64,000 nucleotides of DNA from Azolla caroliniana (taxonomy: Eukaryota; Plantae; Polypodiophyta): contig JBHGNT010000001.1 of the NCBI GenBank assembly GCA_043228905.1, positions 15,314,001 to 15,378,000 of the forward strand, written 5' to 3'. This document shows positions 1-12,548 of this stretch, in pieces (position 1 is the first letter of the stretch; every line of letters starts with the position of its first letter). The notes below the pieces were generated by a model that did not search any database, was not told where the DNA came from, and saw nothing but the letters and a program-made list of their open reading frames with translations. The translations under genes were made by a program, and so were the position numbers.

Positions 1-570
1 GGGCACACCGCCACCGGCACGCGTAAAGGAGGAAATCGATGAGCTTTTCAGAATTCGGTTTATTCGGCCAGTGAAGCAAGCAACATGGCTTAGCCCCATT
101 GTAGTCGTACCAAAGGAAAATGGCAAAATCCGAGTTTGCATCGACTACTGCAAGTTAAACGTCATTACGATCACAAACGCATTTCCTTTGCCATTTACGG
201 TTAGGGTACTCGACGCCGTCGCAGGTCATGAAATGTACAGCTTCCTAGATGGGTTTAGCGGGTACAACCAGATACGTATGCACCCGAATGATCAAGAGAA
301 AACTGCTTTCGTAACCAACTGGGGCATGTTTGTGACCTTAGTAATGATGTTCGGATTAAAGACCACCCCGACAACATTCCAACGCATCATCACCGAGATT
401 TTTGGTGACTTCATCTCTACGTTCATGCAGGTTTTCTTCGATGACTTTGCAATTTATGGAATGCGAGGGTATTATTTACGCCATCTATGACTACTCTTAG
501 AACGATGTCGTGCCGCATGTCTCAACCTCAATCCGGCCAAGTGCGCATTCGGAATCAGTAGCGGAGCCCT
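1..570 (+). mobile_element. Ty3/gypsy reverse-transcriptase fragment (pseudogenised, truncated on the right)
   Basis: ORF 71-490 has WLSPIVVVPK, RVCIDY, FPLP, SFLDGFSGYNQI, KTAF, MMFGLK, FQR and FFDD. The frame continues past the stop as LLLERCRAACLNLNPAKCAFG, then similarity ends at about 570. Confidence 0.9.
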
Positions 571-814
571 TCCCACGTGAGTGAACCAAACCAGCATCCC
601 CTGGTCGACGATCTGTTCGACTAACACCGGCTTCTACAGTTACCCCTCAAACTTGTGTTCCTCTAAATTTCCTTCTCATTCTCTGTGTGTGTGTGTCTCT
701 CTCTCATGTCAGAGGCTCAGATCAAGATTAGGGAAGTGAAGGAATCATGCGTTTCAATCAATTCTACATCACTCTATTAAGAATGGAGACAAACGTGATG
801 AATGAAAGCATAAG

Positions 815-1388
815 AATGGAAACACTATTAGAGCTAACATGTACCTAAAATGGTTATAGCTAATTAGTTATTCTTTAGTATGCAAATATTAAAGGTACAT
901 ATCATTTATTATGTGGACTGAAATATGGGAAATGCCTTTTATTATTATTTGGGTGCACACATACTAGAACATGGGGTTTTGTGCACTTATTTGCAAGCCT
1001 TTAATGTCTATATACTCATTGTCATCCTCACTTTTGCACCAAAGGTCAAATAAGTCGAGTGTTGTAAACACAAATCCCGAAGGCATCCTTAGAGCAACAA
1101 CAAAGCAAAAAAATTAGCAGATGCCCATACTACAAGAGAATATCAGTTTTGGCCACATTGCAACTGCAAATGTGAGTTTCTGAATAACATCTAATGGTTT
1201 TCCATCTACATTTAATATTATATCCAATCTAGGTGAAACCGTGTGAATGGAAACATTATTATATCTAACATGTACCTAAAATGACCACAGTTAAGTAGCT
1301 TTTTTTTTTGCTAATGTTTAGTGGAAAAATTTTAAAGATACATATAATTTATTATGGGGATGGAAATATTACCATTTGTGGTGCACAT
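815..1388. repeat. Diverged ~150-bp direct repeat (about 815-960 and 1245-1388)
   Basis: Shared blocks gaatggaaaca, ctaacatgtacctaaaatg, ttattatg and ggtgcaca occur in the same order in both copies. Confidence 0.65.
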
Positions 1389-1439
1389 TTAAGTTGGTCT
1401 TTATATGAGATCACATTTTGATAATCCCTAAAATTGTCA

Positions 1440-2076
1440 AACAACTAAATTTTATCGAGCTTTTTGCATAGCTAATTAGATATGTCAAGGACACAGCTAA
1501 TTGTTCCCATTCTCATGCTTTCACCCATCTAGCTCTTTTGGCTAGCTTTAGGCACTCCTTCCATTCGTTTGACTATAATCGGTTTTCAGATTCTCGATTA
1601 GCGTTGTGATTTTAGGGAGCTCCATCCGAATCTTCCATGTTTTGGAGTTTTTCTCTATCAATTTGTCTAAAGTATACTTTCTCCTTGATCTTGCCATAGT
1701 GATAGTAGTGAGATTTGATTATCTTAAAGAATATGTGGAAAGTTTTGTTAGTTATAGAAGAGTATAGAAATGAAATTTAGATCGTGCAACTCTGCTTCAA
1801 TACCATGTAAGAAAAGCTAGAACACGATGGAAGGGATTGATAAAGAGAGAGCAAGAGATTTAATAACAATGTTGAACAGATTATAATTAATATTAGGAAG
1901 GTTGTCTTACAATATAAGAACCTAATGTAACAGCTAAAACGTAACACAACACAATAGCCGTTACATCTTTGTAACTTTTAATTTTATCTTTTCTTAATGT
2001 TCTTTTTGTAACGGTTACTTTGTCTTTAGATTCGTAACCAACGTTTTTGTCTTTTTATCGTGCTGTAATCTTATCA
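1440..2076 (-). mobile_element. Ty1/copia 5' remnant: LTR (~1806-2076), PBS and start of gag
   Basis: The reverse complement reads LTR end ...cttaca, then tggtattgaagc (tRNA-iMet-like PBS, ending at 1805), then MARSRRKYTLDKLIEKNSKTWKIRME, a copia gag N-terminal pattern. The far LTR boundary is approximate. Confidence 0.6.
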
Positions 2077-2276
2077 CATATAACAAATATGAACAATGCT
2101 AAAAGCTAAAATGGAAATGATGAAGATTTATTGCGCAAGATTGGGTTCCAATTGTTTAATTCATAATGTCCGCACGCACTGACGATGTCGTCAAAAGAGT
2201 GATATAACAATATGGTGTATATGCGGTCCCCACTAGTTTACTATTTCCCCCACTACGTATAAAAGTTGGAATAACC

Positions 2277-2306
2277 GTAATACCTAATCGCGAGATTAGG
2301 TATTAC
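2277..2306. other. Perfect 13-bp inverted repeat with a 4-nt GCGA loop
   Basis: gtaatacctaatc-gcga-gattaggtattac. Confidence 0.85.
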
Positions 2307-3082
2307 ATATTCCTTGCGAGATCCATTCAACCACCTAATCGCTGTTGTAGCGCACCCTTATACTTCTCCACAAATATTCCCCTTACATCGATGATCTGAT
2401 CCAAGACTATTTGCACGATATATTGTAGGGTACTCTGAACATAAAACGAATCAAAAGCCCAGAATATCTATCACATGTACTAAATTTCTCAGATAAGCGA
2501 TTATGACGATACTAAGCAATGCCGGGGTGAGGATTGATGCAAGCAACGTCCACTCTGTGCTTATTATAACATGTTCCAAATGTGATCCTTGAGAGCAATA
2601 CATGTTCCAAATGTAAGGGAATTTAATTGTATATAAGATGGCCAATATGGGAGCAAGTTTTCCTGCCTTATGATTAGTCTGGATCCGATCAAGTGTCTAG
2701 CTACGCCAATGGTGATACTCATGTGATTGACGAATGACGGTTCCATACCCTATAATTGAGGAATGATCAGCAGCAGTGCAGTGTTTAAAGACGCATATCA
2801 TTTCACAAGCAAAAAAAAGGGCGTCGTATCTTTAATGACAATAGCAGCGACCATTATACTCTACTGATATTAGTACTGTTTAAGAGTGACATAATTTAAT
2901 AGTAATTCTAGTATTATTTCAATGTAATATCAATCAGACAAAACAACAACGTGGGTTGTGATCGACGAAAGGGCATCCATCCATCACACGTTGATTGTGA
3001 TTGACGGTAGACAAAGAGTTACAAACAAATAGGGAGGGTAGGATGCATGCATGGATTGGGGCCACCCTTGAATGTGTGATGA

Positions 3083-3667
3083 TCAATAATAGAGGTCCAA
3101 GTCGAAGGAGAGAGTCCAGTGCGCGGGCGCAACGTTGTCGATGACAACCCGCTTGGAGATGGCGGCACCACGAGCCGCGAGGAAGTCTCCGGTTCCCCCG
3201 ACCACCACCAATGTTCGATTGTCGAGAGACTCATCCTCCTGCCCCATGATGGCGATGGTGCCCGTGTATGGCCCCGACGTGATGGTGGCAGTGAATATGT
3301 GCATGAGGACGTAACCCTTCTGTGAATTGAAGATCCAGAAGCCCTGGGCGACGCCGATGGGCTCCGAGTCCGGGGAGGCGTCGGGAGTGATGGAGTTCTC
3401 GAATGTGGAGCGCACACCGAAGTTGGTGGGGTTGGGCTGGCTAAAGTTGAAGGGTCCGGCGCTGTACACGGAGTCGAAGACGGAGTTGTTGACGGCCGGG
3501 TTGTAGACCTGGTTGTGGATGTAGAAGCTGAAGGTCTCAGGTCCCTGGGGAGGCTTCCGGCGAGCCGATACAGTGGTGGTCAAAGGAGCGGCCAGCAACA
3601 GCAGATAAGCGAGTGTAGTGGCGAGTGTAGTGGCGGAGGAGCCATATGAGATGGACTGCTGAACCAT
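3083..3667 (-). CDS. DIR: Dirigent-like protein 1 (secreted, intronless, 194 aa)
   Basis: Hydrophobic signal peptide; dirigent motifs FYIHN, FG..STFEN.IT, IGVAQG, GTIAIMG, R.LVVVGGTGDFLAARG and C-terminal LSFDLDLYY; N-glycosylation sequons NNS and NFS; GC-rich codon usage. Confidence 0.92.
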   Translation of the reverse strand: MVQQSISYGSSATTLATTLAYLLLLAAPLTTTVSARRKPPQGPETFSFYIHNQVYNPAVNNSVFDSVYSAGPFNFSQPNPTNFGVRSTFENSITPDASPDSEPIGVAQGFWIFNSQKGYVLMHIFTATITSGPYTGTIAIMGQEDESLDNRTLVVVGGTGDFLAARGAAISKRVVIDNVAPAHWTLSFDLDLYY

Positions 3668-3882
3668 GTTTGTAATTTGTGCTCAAATAGTTTTATGTAT
3701 AATAAAATTCACACAATTACGAAGAGAAGAAGACAGCAGTGAAACGTTGGTTGATTGTGGAGGGGTGTGGTTGTGAAAGGAGAAAGAAGGAAAAGTGCTG
3801 ATGCTGAGTTATTGGTCTGTATGCATATGCTGCTTGGTTGGAGAAGGAGAAGGATGTATTGTAGCCTAATAATAACATGCGT

Positions 3883-4040
3883 CTATTTAAATAGGGAAAA
3901 GTCGTTATTGTAATTAGTGGGGGAGGGGGGGGGGGGGGGGGGGCATTCACGTTGACCCACTGACTTTTTATGTTTCAGCGTTTGAATTCACGTGTGGTTC
4001 GCATAATAACGACTTCAGAAGAGGGGGGGGGGGGGGGGGG
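3883..4040 (-). promoter_or_regulatory. Putative DIR1 promoter: TATA-like ctatttaaatag (3883-3894) and two long G homopolymers (3919-3943, 4023-4040)
   Basis: Motifs lie about 220-370 bp upstream of the DIR1 ATG. Function is inferred from position only. Confidence 0.35.
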
Positions 4041-4195
4041 AATCCTGATTTCCACAAGCTATTCAGAAAATAATTAACAGTTCATACCTGGAACGTCTTT
4101 TGGATAGGGATATTATTGTCGATTGAATATTTCAAGCTTCATAGGTTGCAAGCAACTTACGTCCACAAATATAATTAATATTAATGCCCAATGTG

Positions 4196-4760
4196 TGTTG
4201 GACCTTGTCCACTCAAGTGGAGCCCACAACATTGAGTCTGCTGAAGGCCGAATAGGCTTAAGGCAAGTTATAAGAAAAGTTATAATTAGTTGTATTTATA
4301 TTTATGTATGTGATTTTTGGTTGTGTGTCTTTTGTGTGTGTGTGTGTGTTCTACCAAAAGTGCAAAAGTGGAGACAAAGACCTACGAGGGGTTGTTCGTG
4401 CTATCAGAGAACCACAATTGAACAACAACTATCCTATCTACTTTGCATTAGGTTTCTTCGTTTCATGTTTTTCCTTGTTTCCAATTTTTGTTAGTTTTTC
4501 TATCCACCCAGTTGGATGAGAAATTGTAATCAAGGCTACTGCCTTAGCATGTACATTCCTCTAGTCAAAGCTAGAGAGGTTGTCTTCGTTTGTACTAAGA
4601 AAAATATAAGAAAAATAGTGAACTTATTTTGAACCCGAAGGGGTTCCGTGTTTTTTCCCTACTTTGGGTTTTCCACGTTAAAAGTTTTGGTGTACTCTCA
4701 TTTTCGTCTTGATTGAGTTGGTAGTCCAAATCATCCTGATTCGGATCCATATTCCCAACA
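4196..4760 (+). mobile_element. Solo LTR (copia type), 565 bp, TSD ATGTG
   Basis: Termini TGTTGG...CCAACA; identical 5-bp flanks atgtg at 4191-4195 and 4761-4765; U5-like gggttttccacgt block similar to the other copia LTRs in the window. Confidence 0.85.
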
Positions 4761-4989
4761 ATGTGTTCTTCCAGTGCACCGTGCACATGTCCAATTGAAG
4801 CTACCTAGAATATGCACTCCAAATGAATATTATTCCCCAACACATGATTGAGTTCAATATTTGGTTTGTGAAGTTGGGTTTGCTCCCACCTAGTACGTCC
4901 TAACCATGAGTATAGTTACTAGGATATAAAGTTTGTTGACATTGTCACAGCAATGCCATTGTTTTGTCGACAAGTCCCGCTAGTCTATG

Positions 4990-5400
4990 AAGTTGCCCAG
5001 GAACAAAATTGTGGGTGTAGTGTACAAATACATAATTTACTTTCAACTAGGACCTTATCCACCCCCACCAGTCTTTGATCCCGCATCGAGAGTTGAGCAA
5101 AATGACCCTTCCTCGAAGGACTCGCATGAGTCATGAACTTCTTGAAGCTTTTTGACCTCTTCATGCATGCTCATGGCCGTCACCCCCTAAAAAACAAAAT
5201 TGAGCCTTTTTACCTCATTCACATCTCTTTGATTCATTTCGGTATTGTAGGCTTTTAAAAAGTTTGGGACTTCGTCCCCATTGAAATGGTCGACTTATTT
5301 GTTCATGCTCTCAAAAGGTTATTGAGCTGCATCTCGTCTTTCACTTTCCTCCACAAATTTTTATCATCATTCCACGAAATCTTCTAAATTTTCCTTTGTC
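4990..5400 (-). mobile_element. Degenerate gypsy-type gag fragment
   Basis: The minus strand reads VDHFNGDEVPNFLKAYNTEMNQRDVNEVKRLNF with stops nearby. This resembles gag N-termini of non-seed-plant gypsy elements (pattern recognition only). Confidence 0.5.
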
Positions 5401-5582
5401 ATCCTCCCCTACCGCTCTTTCATGTCAGGTTCACCAAATTAATGTCATGATAATGCGTATGCATGTGCTACTCGAGCAGGAACATTGGGGATTTCGACTA
5501 GGGAGGATGCAAGTGCTTGGAAGGTCCAGACATCAATTGATTGAAACACTCATGGGAGTCAAAGGTTCTCTATGGTCAAATG

Positions 5583-5810
5583 ATCCCTAGACTCGAAAAA
5601 TTCCCTAGAGCCGAAGACAACCTTGAGTCGAAGGGAGCCTAAACTCGAAGGGAACCCAAAATCAAAGGGAGCCCAGATTTGCAGGGAACTTAGACCCGAA
5701 GGGATCCTAGAGTTGAAGGGAACATAGACTCGAAGGGAGCCTAGACTCGAAGAGGGCCCATCCTCGAAGGGAGGCCAGAGTCGAAGGAAACCAAGTCTTG
5801 AAGGGAGTGA
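5583..5810. repeat. Degenerate 18-bp minisatellite (~12 copies, consensus near cctagactcgaagggagc)
   Basis: The core (t)cgaaggga recurs with ~18-bp period. Confidence 0.8.
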
Positions 5811-7429
5811 CGAGTTGAGTGACAATATACACGTGATTAGGATTGAAACACACGATTAAGGTAATGTACACGAGATTAGGACAAAATGTAAGCAAAAATA
5901 TAGAAGGGAGATTCTCTTTACAACCAAATAAGTAGAGATAGGTTACCACGATTTTGGTGCTTTTTATAAAATGGTCATATCATTCGACCACAATAGGAAA
6001 CTGAAATGAACAGAGGGAGACTAAGGAGTTTCTGATGAAGGTGGTCAAGGGACCGCGACTACCACCGTGAGTTGTGGCGCTTGGATGACGGTGTAGTGTT
6101 CCCGTGCCTCTTCGTCCTCCCTTCAACAACCAGAATACAAGGTAGCCTAACCCTCTATCGTTGTGGAGAAGAAGACCGAACCTCCGAAGTATATGTAAGT
6201 AGGTAAATAGTTTGAATGTCGAAGAAGCCGCCAAAGAAAAGTATCCATAAGAAACCCCAAATTGGAGAAGAATTCATAACACTACTCTCGAAGAATACAA
6301 AAAACAAAACCCTAAGACCTCAAGTACATTGAGGAGGAGGAGGAGAAGAAGAAATCTCACGAAAACTAAAGCTGGAAAAAGAAGAAGATTAGAAGTGGAA
6401 ACCAAACCCTAATGGTACACTCCGACACACAAAATGGGCAACACAAACTAAGCCCTCTTCTTCTCATTTTATAGAGGAAGAAAGGCACCTAATTTAGGCA
6501 TTAAATCGGGTTAATCCCTTTCTCTCTTCGAAAAAGAAAACGGAATGTTAGCCCTTGATTCGCACCACGTTGTTAAAGAATCAAACTCTACCCCCTTTTT
6601 AGTTTAGTGAATAGCTCTAACTATTCGGCTATTCACTTTTATGTATTACCTATAATAAATCTTTTTATATATACATATGTTTCTGTGATGTGAGAAAACC
6701 TTCACTTTTTTCCACTTTTCTACCTTTGGCCACACCACATCACAACAATATGAGACTGAAGAGCTCCGTGAGATTTTTGAATCTCGGTTAAGGTGGAATT
6801 GCAAACATTTTATATTTGCTAAAAATATGTGTAAATAGAGATAGTGTTAGATGTCGCAAGTAGTGCCATGGGCATAGTATCACATTCCATGTCCATAGCA
6901 TTAATTTGCATCATTGAGATGTCGAAAGAAAACCATTGAAAATTTACCAACTAATGTTAAAAATATGATATTTTGGAAAAGTTCTAGCAACATCATCCAA
7001 TAAAAAATATCACAGTCATACCCTTTTAGACGTGTGAGAAATGGTTTAAGAATAAGGACACTGTGGTAACACTAAGTTGTTTTAACAACCACAAAAAAGA
7101 TATAAAAGAAATATATGTTCCTTATCTCTATATCAAATAACCATGGCTCCTTTGTATTAATCATACCTCTACTTTGAAAGTACTTTTATATATTTTGGAA
7201 TTTCTTTTCTTCAAAATCAACTACTATAGTTGTGCCATCTATCGACACAATACACACTCTGGCTTTATCTTCACTATGTATGAGGCTTCTTCTCTCACGC
7301 ATGCCATCATAACCCTGTTTTTTAAGACCCTATCTTAGGATCCTATAGGAAATACTACGCATGTCATTAATTTTTCAGATAGTACGGAATTATATTAATT
7401 TCTTCCCATCCTTACTTTGGATCATAGTG

Positions 7430-7680
7430 AATGTCATTCCCCTAGGATTACTAGACAGAAGAACTTCTCATGGATGAAGAAGTTCTGATCTATGGACACA
7501 TGCCCAATCGTAACTCTAACATTAGGGCATGCACATCACAAATCCTCCATAACCTCGATTGTTACTTGGAACTTCCATCCATGGTTCCTCACTATTGGCC
7601 ACCTCCACGATTGTAAAACTCGGATATGATGTTGATCTCGGACCCGTGGTCGATGAGCATTACACACAATTCCATTTAAT
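7430..7680 (-). mobile_element. Gypsy aspartic-protease fragment (frameshifted)
   Basis: The minus strand reads MLIDHGSEINIIS...WPIVRNHGWK...ACPNVRVTIGHVSIDQNFF...VILG: a D-x-G active site plus the ILG motif of retropepsins. Confidence 0.7.
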
Positions 7681-8039
7681 CTCAAATTTAGACTGGAGCT
7701 TTTGTTGTCTCCTGAGTTGAGTGCATGTAGGTGTAATGACTCATTTCTTTCTTGTGACTACACCATATGTCAACACTCCATATTACAACTGATAGTGCAA
7801 TCTCCTCATCCTCATCTTCTTCATGTATCGTGACAGTATTTACACTACAAGTTTCTTCAACCACCTGTCTTTTTCTCTAGATTGCATCAATGATCACATC
7901 ATGGAACTCCTTTTTGATCCCCCAAAACTTCTCAAAGACTCAACTTGATTTGTTATAAAGAATCGTGGACTCTAGCATCTTCATTAGGTCGATGGAAGTT
8001 TCAATGTCCAAGGCAAATTTGAATGTCAAGGAAACCAGG

Positions 8040-8900
8040 TTACAAATGGTGTCGAAGATCAACTGGGCTTACACACTTGATGTTCAAGCAAGGGTAACCG
8101 AATTGCAAGGGAGGTTCCATGAAGACTGAGCTAAAAAATTTCAAGTATTACTCAATGAATATGTGTTAGATGACATGGCCTAGATGACAAAGAAGAGCTT
8201 TCTCAAGTGGACCGAGAAAGGGGGTATAAAGGTCTCTCAATCTTAGAGTTATTGAGGGAGTTTAAGAAGAAATACGATGAGCTCTCAATAAGAGACTAAG
8301 AGGTATTATAGTCAGAGAAGATGGATTTATTCATCCGAACTACGAATAAATCACTCAAGAAAGATTTCATCATTCTTCTTGAAAATCAGATGAGTAGTTC
8401 TAGTTTGGTGTATGATTCCAAGTTGACGTCTCAAAGGCTTTTTGAGTACTAAGAAGCAAGGCATTAAGTATAGTGGATGACTATGAAAATCGAAAGAAGA
8501 CGACTACTAGAGAGAATCCAAAGTAAGAAGTAGGAACGTAAGTGGATAATGGCAAAGGAAAGGAGTTGGAGTTCGCAATAGATGAGTTGATATAGAGAAT
8601 GAAGGATTTACCACTCAAGTTCATGAAGCTTGAGAAGAGTGAAAGCTGGAGTGCCAAGCAAAAGCCCAATGAGGGAGAAACGAATGATTACATCTACTGG
8701 TACATATGATGCGACAACACCGAGCACCTAAAAGGAGATTTTCGAAGTAACGAGGACTTGGTAGAAAGAAAATTTATCTTTTACTAGAATCAAAGAATCC
8801 ACTCCTCTAAGACCCAACAACCCTTGAAGTCCAACTTTGGCAAAGGCAAAATGAAGAACTTGATGGAGGATGTAGAGTCAAAGCATGCATCTCATGCACT
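8040..8900 (+). mobile_element. Degenerate gypsy-type gag fragment with eroded zinc knuckle
   Basis: Reads VQARVTELQG...EYVLDD...MTKKSFLKW, then DELI.RMKDL, and a CD..EH knuckle remnant near 8700; many stops. Confidence 0.5.
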
Positions 8901-9770
8901 CTCACATACATCACATGCATTCAAACACCTATATAAAGAGAAGGAAGGTACACATGTAGGCTGAATCAAGTAAGGTATCAATCAAATAATCAATCAAGAT
9001 ATTAAGTTAGCACATTTGGAAAGTATTTGATCTCTCAAGATTGGAGTCGAGGGTTCGGGCCATAAGATAAGGTGTTGTCCTTATGATCAAGATTTTGTCG
9101 CTCCAAGGATGACACAACAAACAAGTGAAATATGAAAAAACATAGTAACTTGTAATACTAATTGTTAGACATAAAAATTACAGGCCAAAGAAAGAAAACA
9201 AACTTTATATGAATGTTACGTATCAACAAACTTAACATCTATCCCACATCATAGAATTGAATATTACAAATCATGCCCTCATCCCTTTTAGAATTAAACC
9301 CCCACATACTCATCATAAAATAAGGGAAAACTATGGCATGCCTATCTCATGATCAATAATGGTTATACACATGACAAATATCATGTTTGACAACTTGTCT
9401 TCCTTGGTTCAAGTCCCTGATGGTTCGTCTCATTTTTAACATGCATGTGCCTAACTTCCTCACTTCAATTTATATGTTGGTGTTCTCTAGTATCCTCTGC
9501 AATTCATACGCAACTTCAATAATCTCCAGCTCCCTTGAAATGTTTGTTCTATATGTTGGTATTTTTACATCAAACTTACCATATTTATGGCGTGAAAATT
9601 GTGTTGTGTGCAAAGACAACTGAGGGACCTCTATCTACTACATGTAGAATATGTCTTTCATAAGTAAATAAAAATTAAAGAAAGCTAATGCTTAATAACA
9701 TAAGAGGCAGAAAGACAATATACTAGGGAAGACACATTTATGACTTTTCATGTACATGATGATGGTAGGA

Positions 9771-9871
9771 TGTGAATGTGAACGTGCGGAAGCATATTAC
9801 GAACTGGCTCTACCGGATAGCAACAATTAGAGAGGAAGCTTCAATGGAAGCTTAACACAAAGAATATGCTT

Positions 9872-9908
<37 letters not shown>

Positions 9909-10233
9909 TAAACTCTATTAAAAAATAACACTCTGTATACACAATATGCTTGACAACACTATTTATACAAGTCATTGGAGGACTGACAGAAATACCATGT
10001 ACTTTGATGCTCATACGAGTGACTGACACTAACTACGAGGACTTTGACTACCTAGTCGTCTAGACGCATAGATGCTACTACTAGCCTTCCGGTTCACATT
10101 TGAATCCATCTCTCTGATCCGGCTCCTGGTTCTGGATACTGATCCGGATATCATCCAGTTCTTCGTCCTGGATACCGATCTGACTCAGGCTTACCGAGAC
10201 AATCTGGATCCGGTTGAGCTTGGTCGCTCAACA
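9771..10233 (-). mobile_element. Solo LTR (copia family B), 463 bp, TSD TAGGA, internal (GA)n
   Basis: TG...CA termini; tagga at 9766-9770 and 10234-10238; shares cactatttatacaagtc, gactgaca, tgctca and gttgagcttg...ctcaaca with the LTRs at 36145 and 39447, which also fixes its orientation. Confidence 0.85.
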
Positions 10234-12515
10234 TAGGATAACTTTCACACATATGGAAATTGATTTGTTTAGTTTTTGTTTGCATAAAGAAGTGAAGGTG
10301 ATATCAAATGATGGATCAAATTAGGTCTTAGATCTGGATCCTCAAAATTTGAATCTTTTTTGGAGGCTTTGGATTATGGAAAGGAGGCCAACATCTGTAT
10401 TAACTTGTCGTATTAGACAACTTTATTTGAAAGTGTAGGTTCAAGATCAAATAACACAAATGCCATTTTTTCAATATTCTATGAAGATTGGTAGTAAAAC
10501 ATTAGGTGTTAGGTCATGGAAGGAACTAGCTACAAATGTTTTTTTTAGACAGAACGAAATTTCTCCGCAACATCTCAAGAAATTTTGAAATTGTTTTGGG
10601 GTATAAAAATCAGTAGGAATTTGTTTGTTTTTAATGGTTGTTTATTCATAGAGCTATACTAGCTAATGATTAGTGAAAAGGGTGAATGTAGCAACTATCC
10701 TTTTTGTACGAAGCTAGTGGAGACTACTAACCATTGTTTGTTGAGTTGTGATTTGGCGATGGAAATATGGAAATATGGAGAATAATTGTAATGTTGTTGA
10801 TACCATTATATCCTGGAGTGGTGCAAATATTTGGGGCAATAATGTGGGCGGTAGTACAAGATCAACTAATGTTATATGGGTTAGAAATATTGAGAATCGA
10901 CTAGATAGGTTTATAGAGTTACAATTATAGAGATGGATATATGAAAACAAAACTCTATTGCATATGAGAGTAGTTCACAATGGTAGTTCACCCATGCGCT
11001 CACACCTTAGAGGTTAGATAGGATATGGACCAACTCACTACAAGATTAGTGGGGATTGATGATCAATCTAACCACTGTGTAAGAAAGTGAATTATATTCT
11101 ATGTTTGGTCTGAGTATAACATTAAATGTGCAAATCAGTTGATAGTAGTGGAGATATTCCTTTTCTGTCAATTGACTTGCCATTTAATATGACCCAACTC
11201 CCTAGATCAGGCTAGTGCTAGATACTACTTATCTTGAAGTGAATGACACATACTTCAAGACTAAGTACATCATAACTTGCCCAAAAAATATTCTAGTTGA
11301 CTTGATTAGCCAATCCTATTACCTATTTCTCTCTTTCCTAAATACATTGTGTCCTACGCATCTACGATTTCCTAGATTAACACCTGACCGACCCATATGG
11401 TCGAGTTGCACACTAGCCGCTCCTCATTTGGGCTGTTATCACAAAATGTGCACTCTAAAAGCACATATGGGGATAGATTTACAACTTGGGGCTGATCATT
11501 GATTATATCTAAGAATATGAACAAGAGGATGTTGCAAATGTTCTTTCTATGAGACATTGTCTGAATCTAGAAATAGAGACTCATAAACCTGAAATATGGG
11601 AATTGGTAAGTAGTATCAATATTTGGTATATTTAGAAGGCTAGATGTTTGAAGGTATTTCAAAATGTTACCAAAAGACCTACGTAGATAATTACTCAAAT
11701 TTGGACAAAGATTGTGCATAAATTTGAGGTTCTTTAGATAACGTAAAAGGAAATGCACAATGAATAGACTTAGAACGATTGGAGTTTGAGGCTATATGGG
11801 ACAAACAAATCTTTTATAGGTAGATTTCAAATAACGTGGAGTGGTTCTACTTTACACCAAAGTATTTATTTAAGCCAAGAGTTACAACTTAGCACAGGCG
11901 TCATTACCTATATGTACAACCTTAACGCATTTCTTAATGCCAATGTTCTAACTACCTTTGAAAAAAATAAAATAATAATCATAATGCTTTTTTAAACTTT
12001 TGTAATTTTTAAAAAAATTTAAACTTTTTAGAAACATTAAATACTTATTAAATACATGGAATACGTAAGTAGTACATTATAAAATGTCAGTTCTAAAACA
12101 TAGAATACTTCATGTTATTCTAAAAAAAAAACGTGTTTTTAACAAATATGTAACCTTGATGGCGAACTCAAAATCTCATGCAAATTAGCTTGGTTCTCTC
12201 CAAAATGATAATTTTTATTCTTTTAAAAAAGCATGATATGTATTACAATTTACATGTAATTGCATATTTATATAGTGTCTCTCCCAGACACTCCCACAAT
12301 TGAATTTTGACTCTCTATAGTTCAAATGTATGGACACCATGAGTTAATTCATGTGCAAAATCAATTATCTTAACCAATGGTTTTGTGGATATTATTTTTA
12401 TAATCGTTTTGTGTTTTAACGTTATAATAATATCATATTGATTTTATTTGATAATTTGAAGTGAAGTGCCCAAATAGTAATCATATATAATGCAAGTTTT
12501 AAAACCGTTATATAG

Positions 12516-12517
<2 letters not shown>

Positions 12518-12544
<27 letters not shown>
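12518..12544. repeat. (TG)n microsatellite
   Basis: Directly visible. Confidence 0.95.

Positions 12545-12548
<4 letters not shown>

Noticed and set aside
6606-6637. 10-bp inverted repeat agtgaatagc/gctattcact
   Set aside because: Short and within TE-derived sequence; plausible by chance, with no supporting context.
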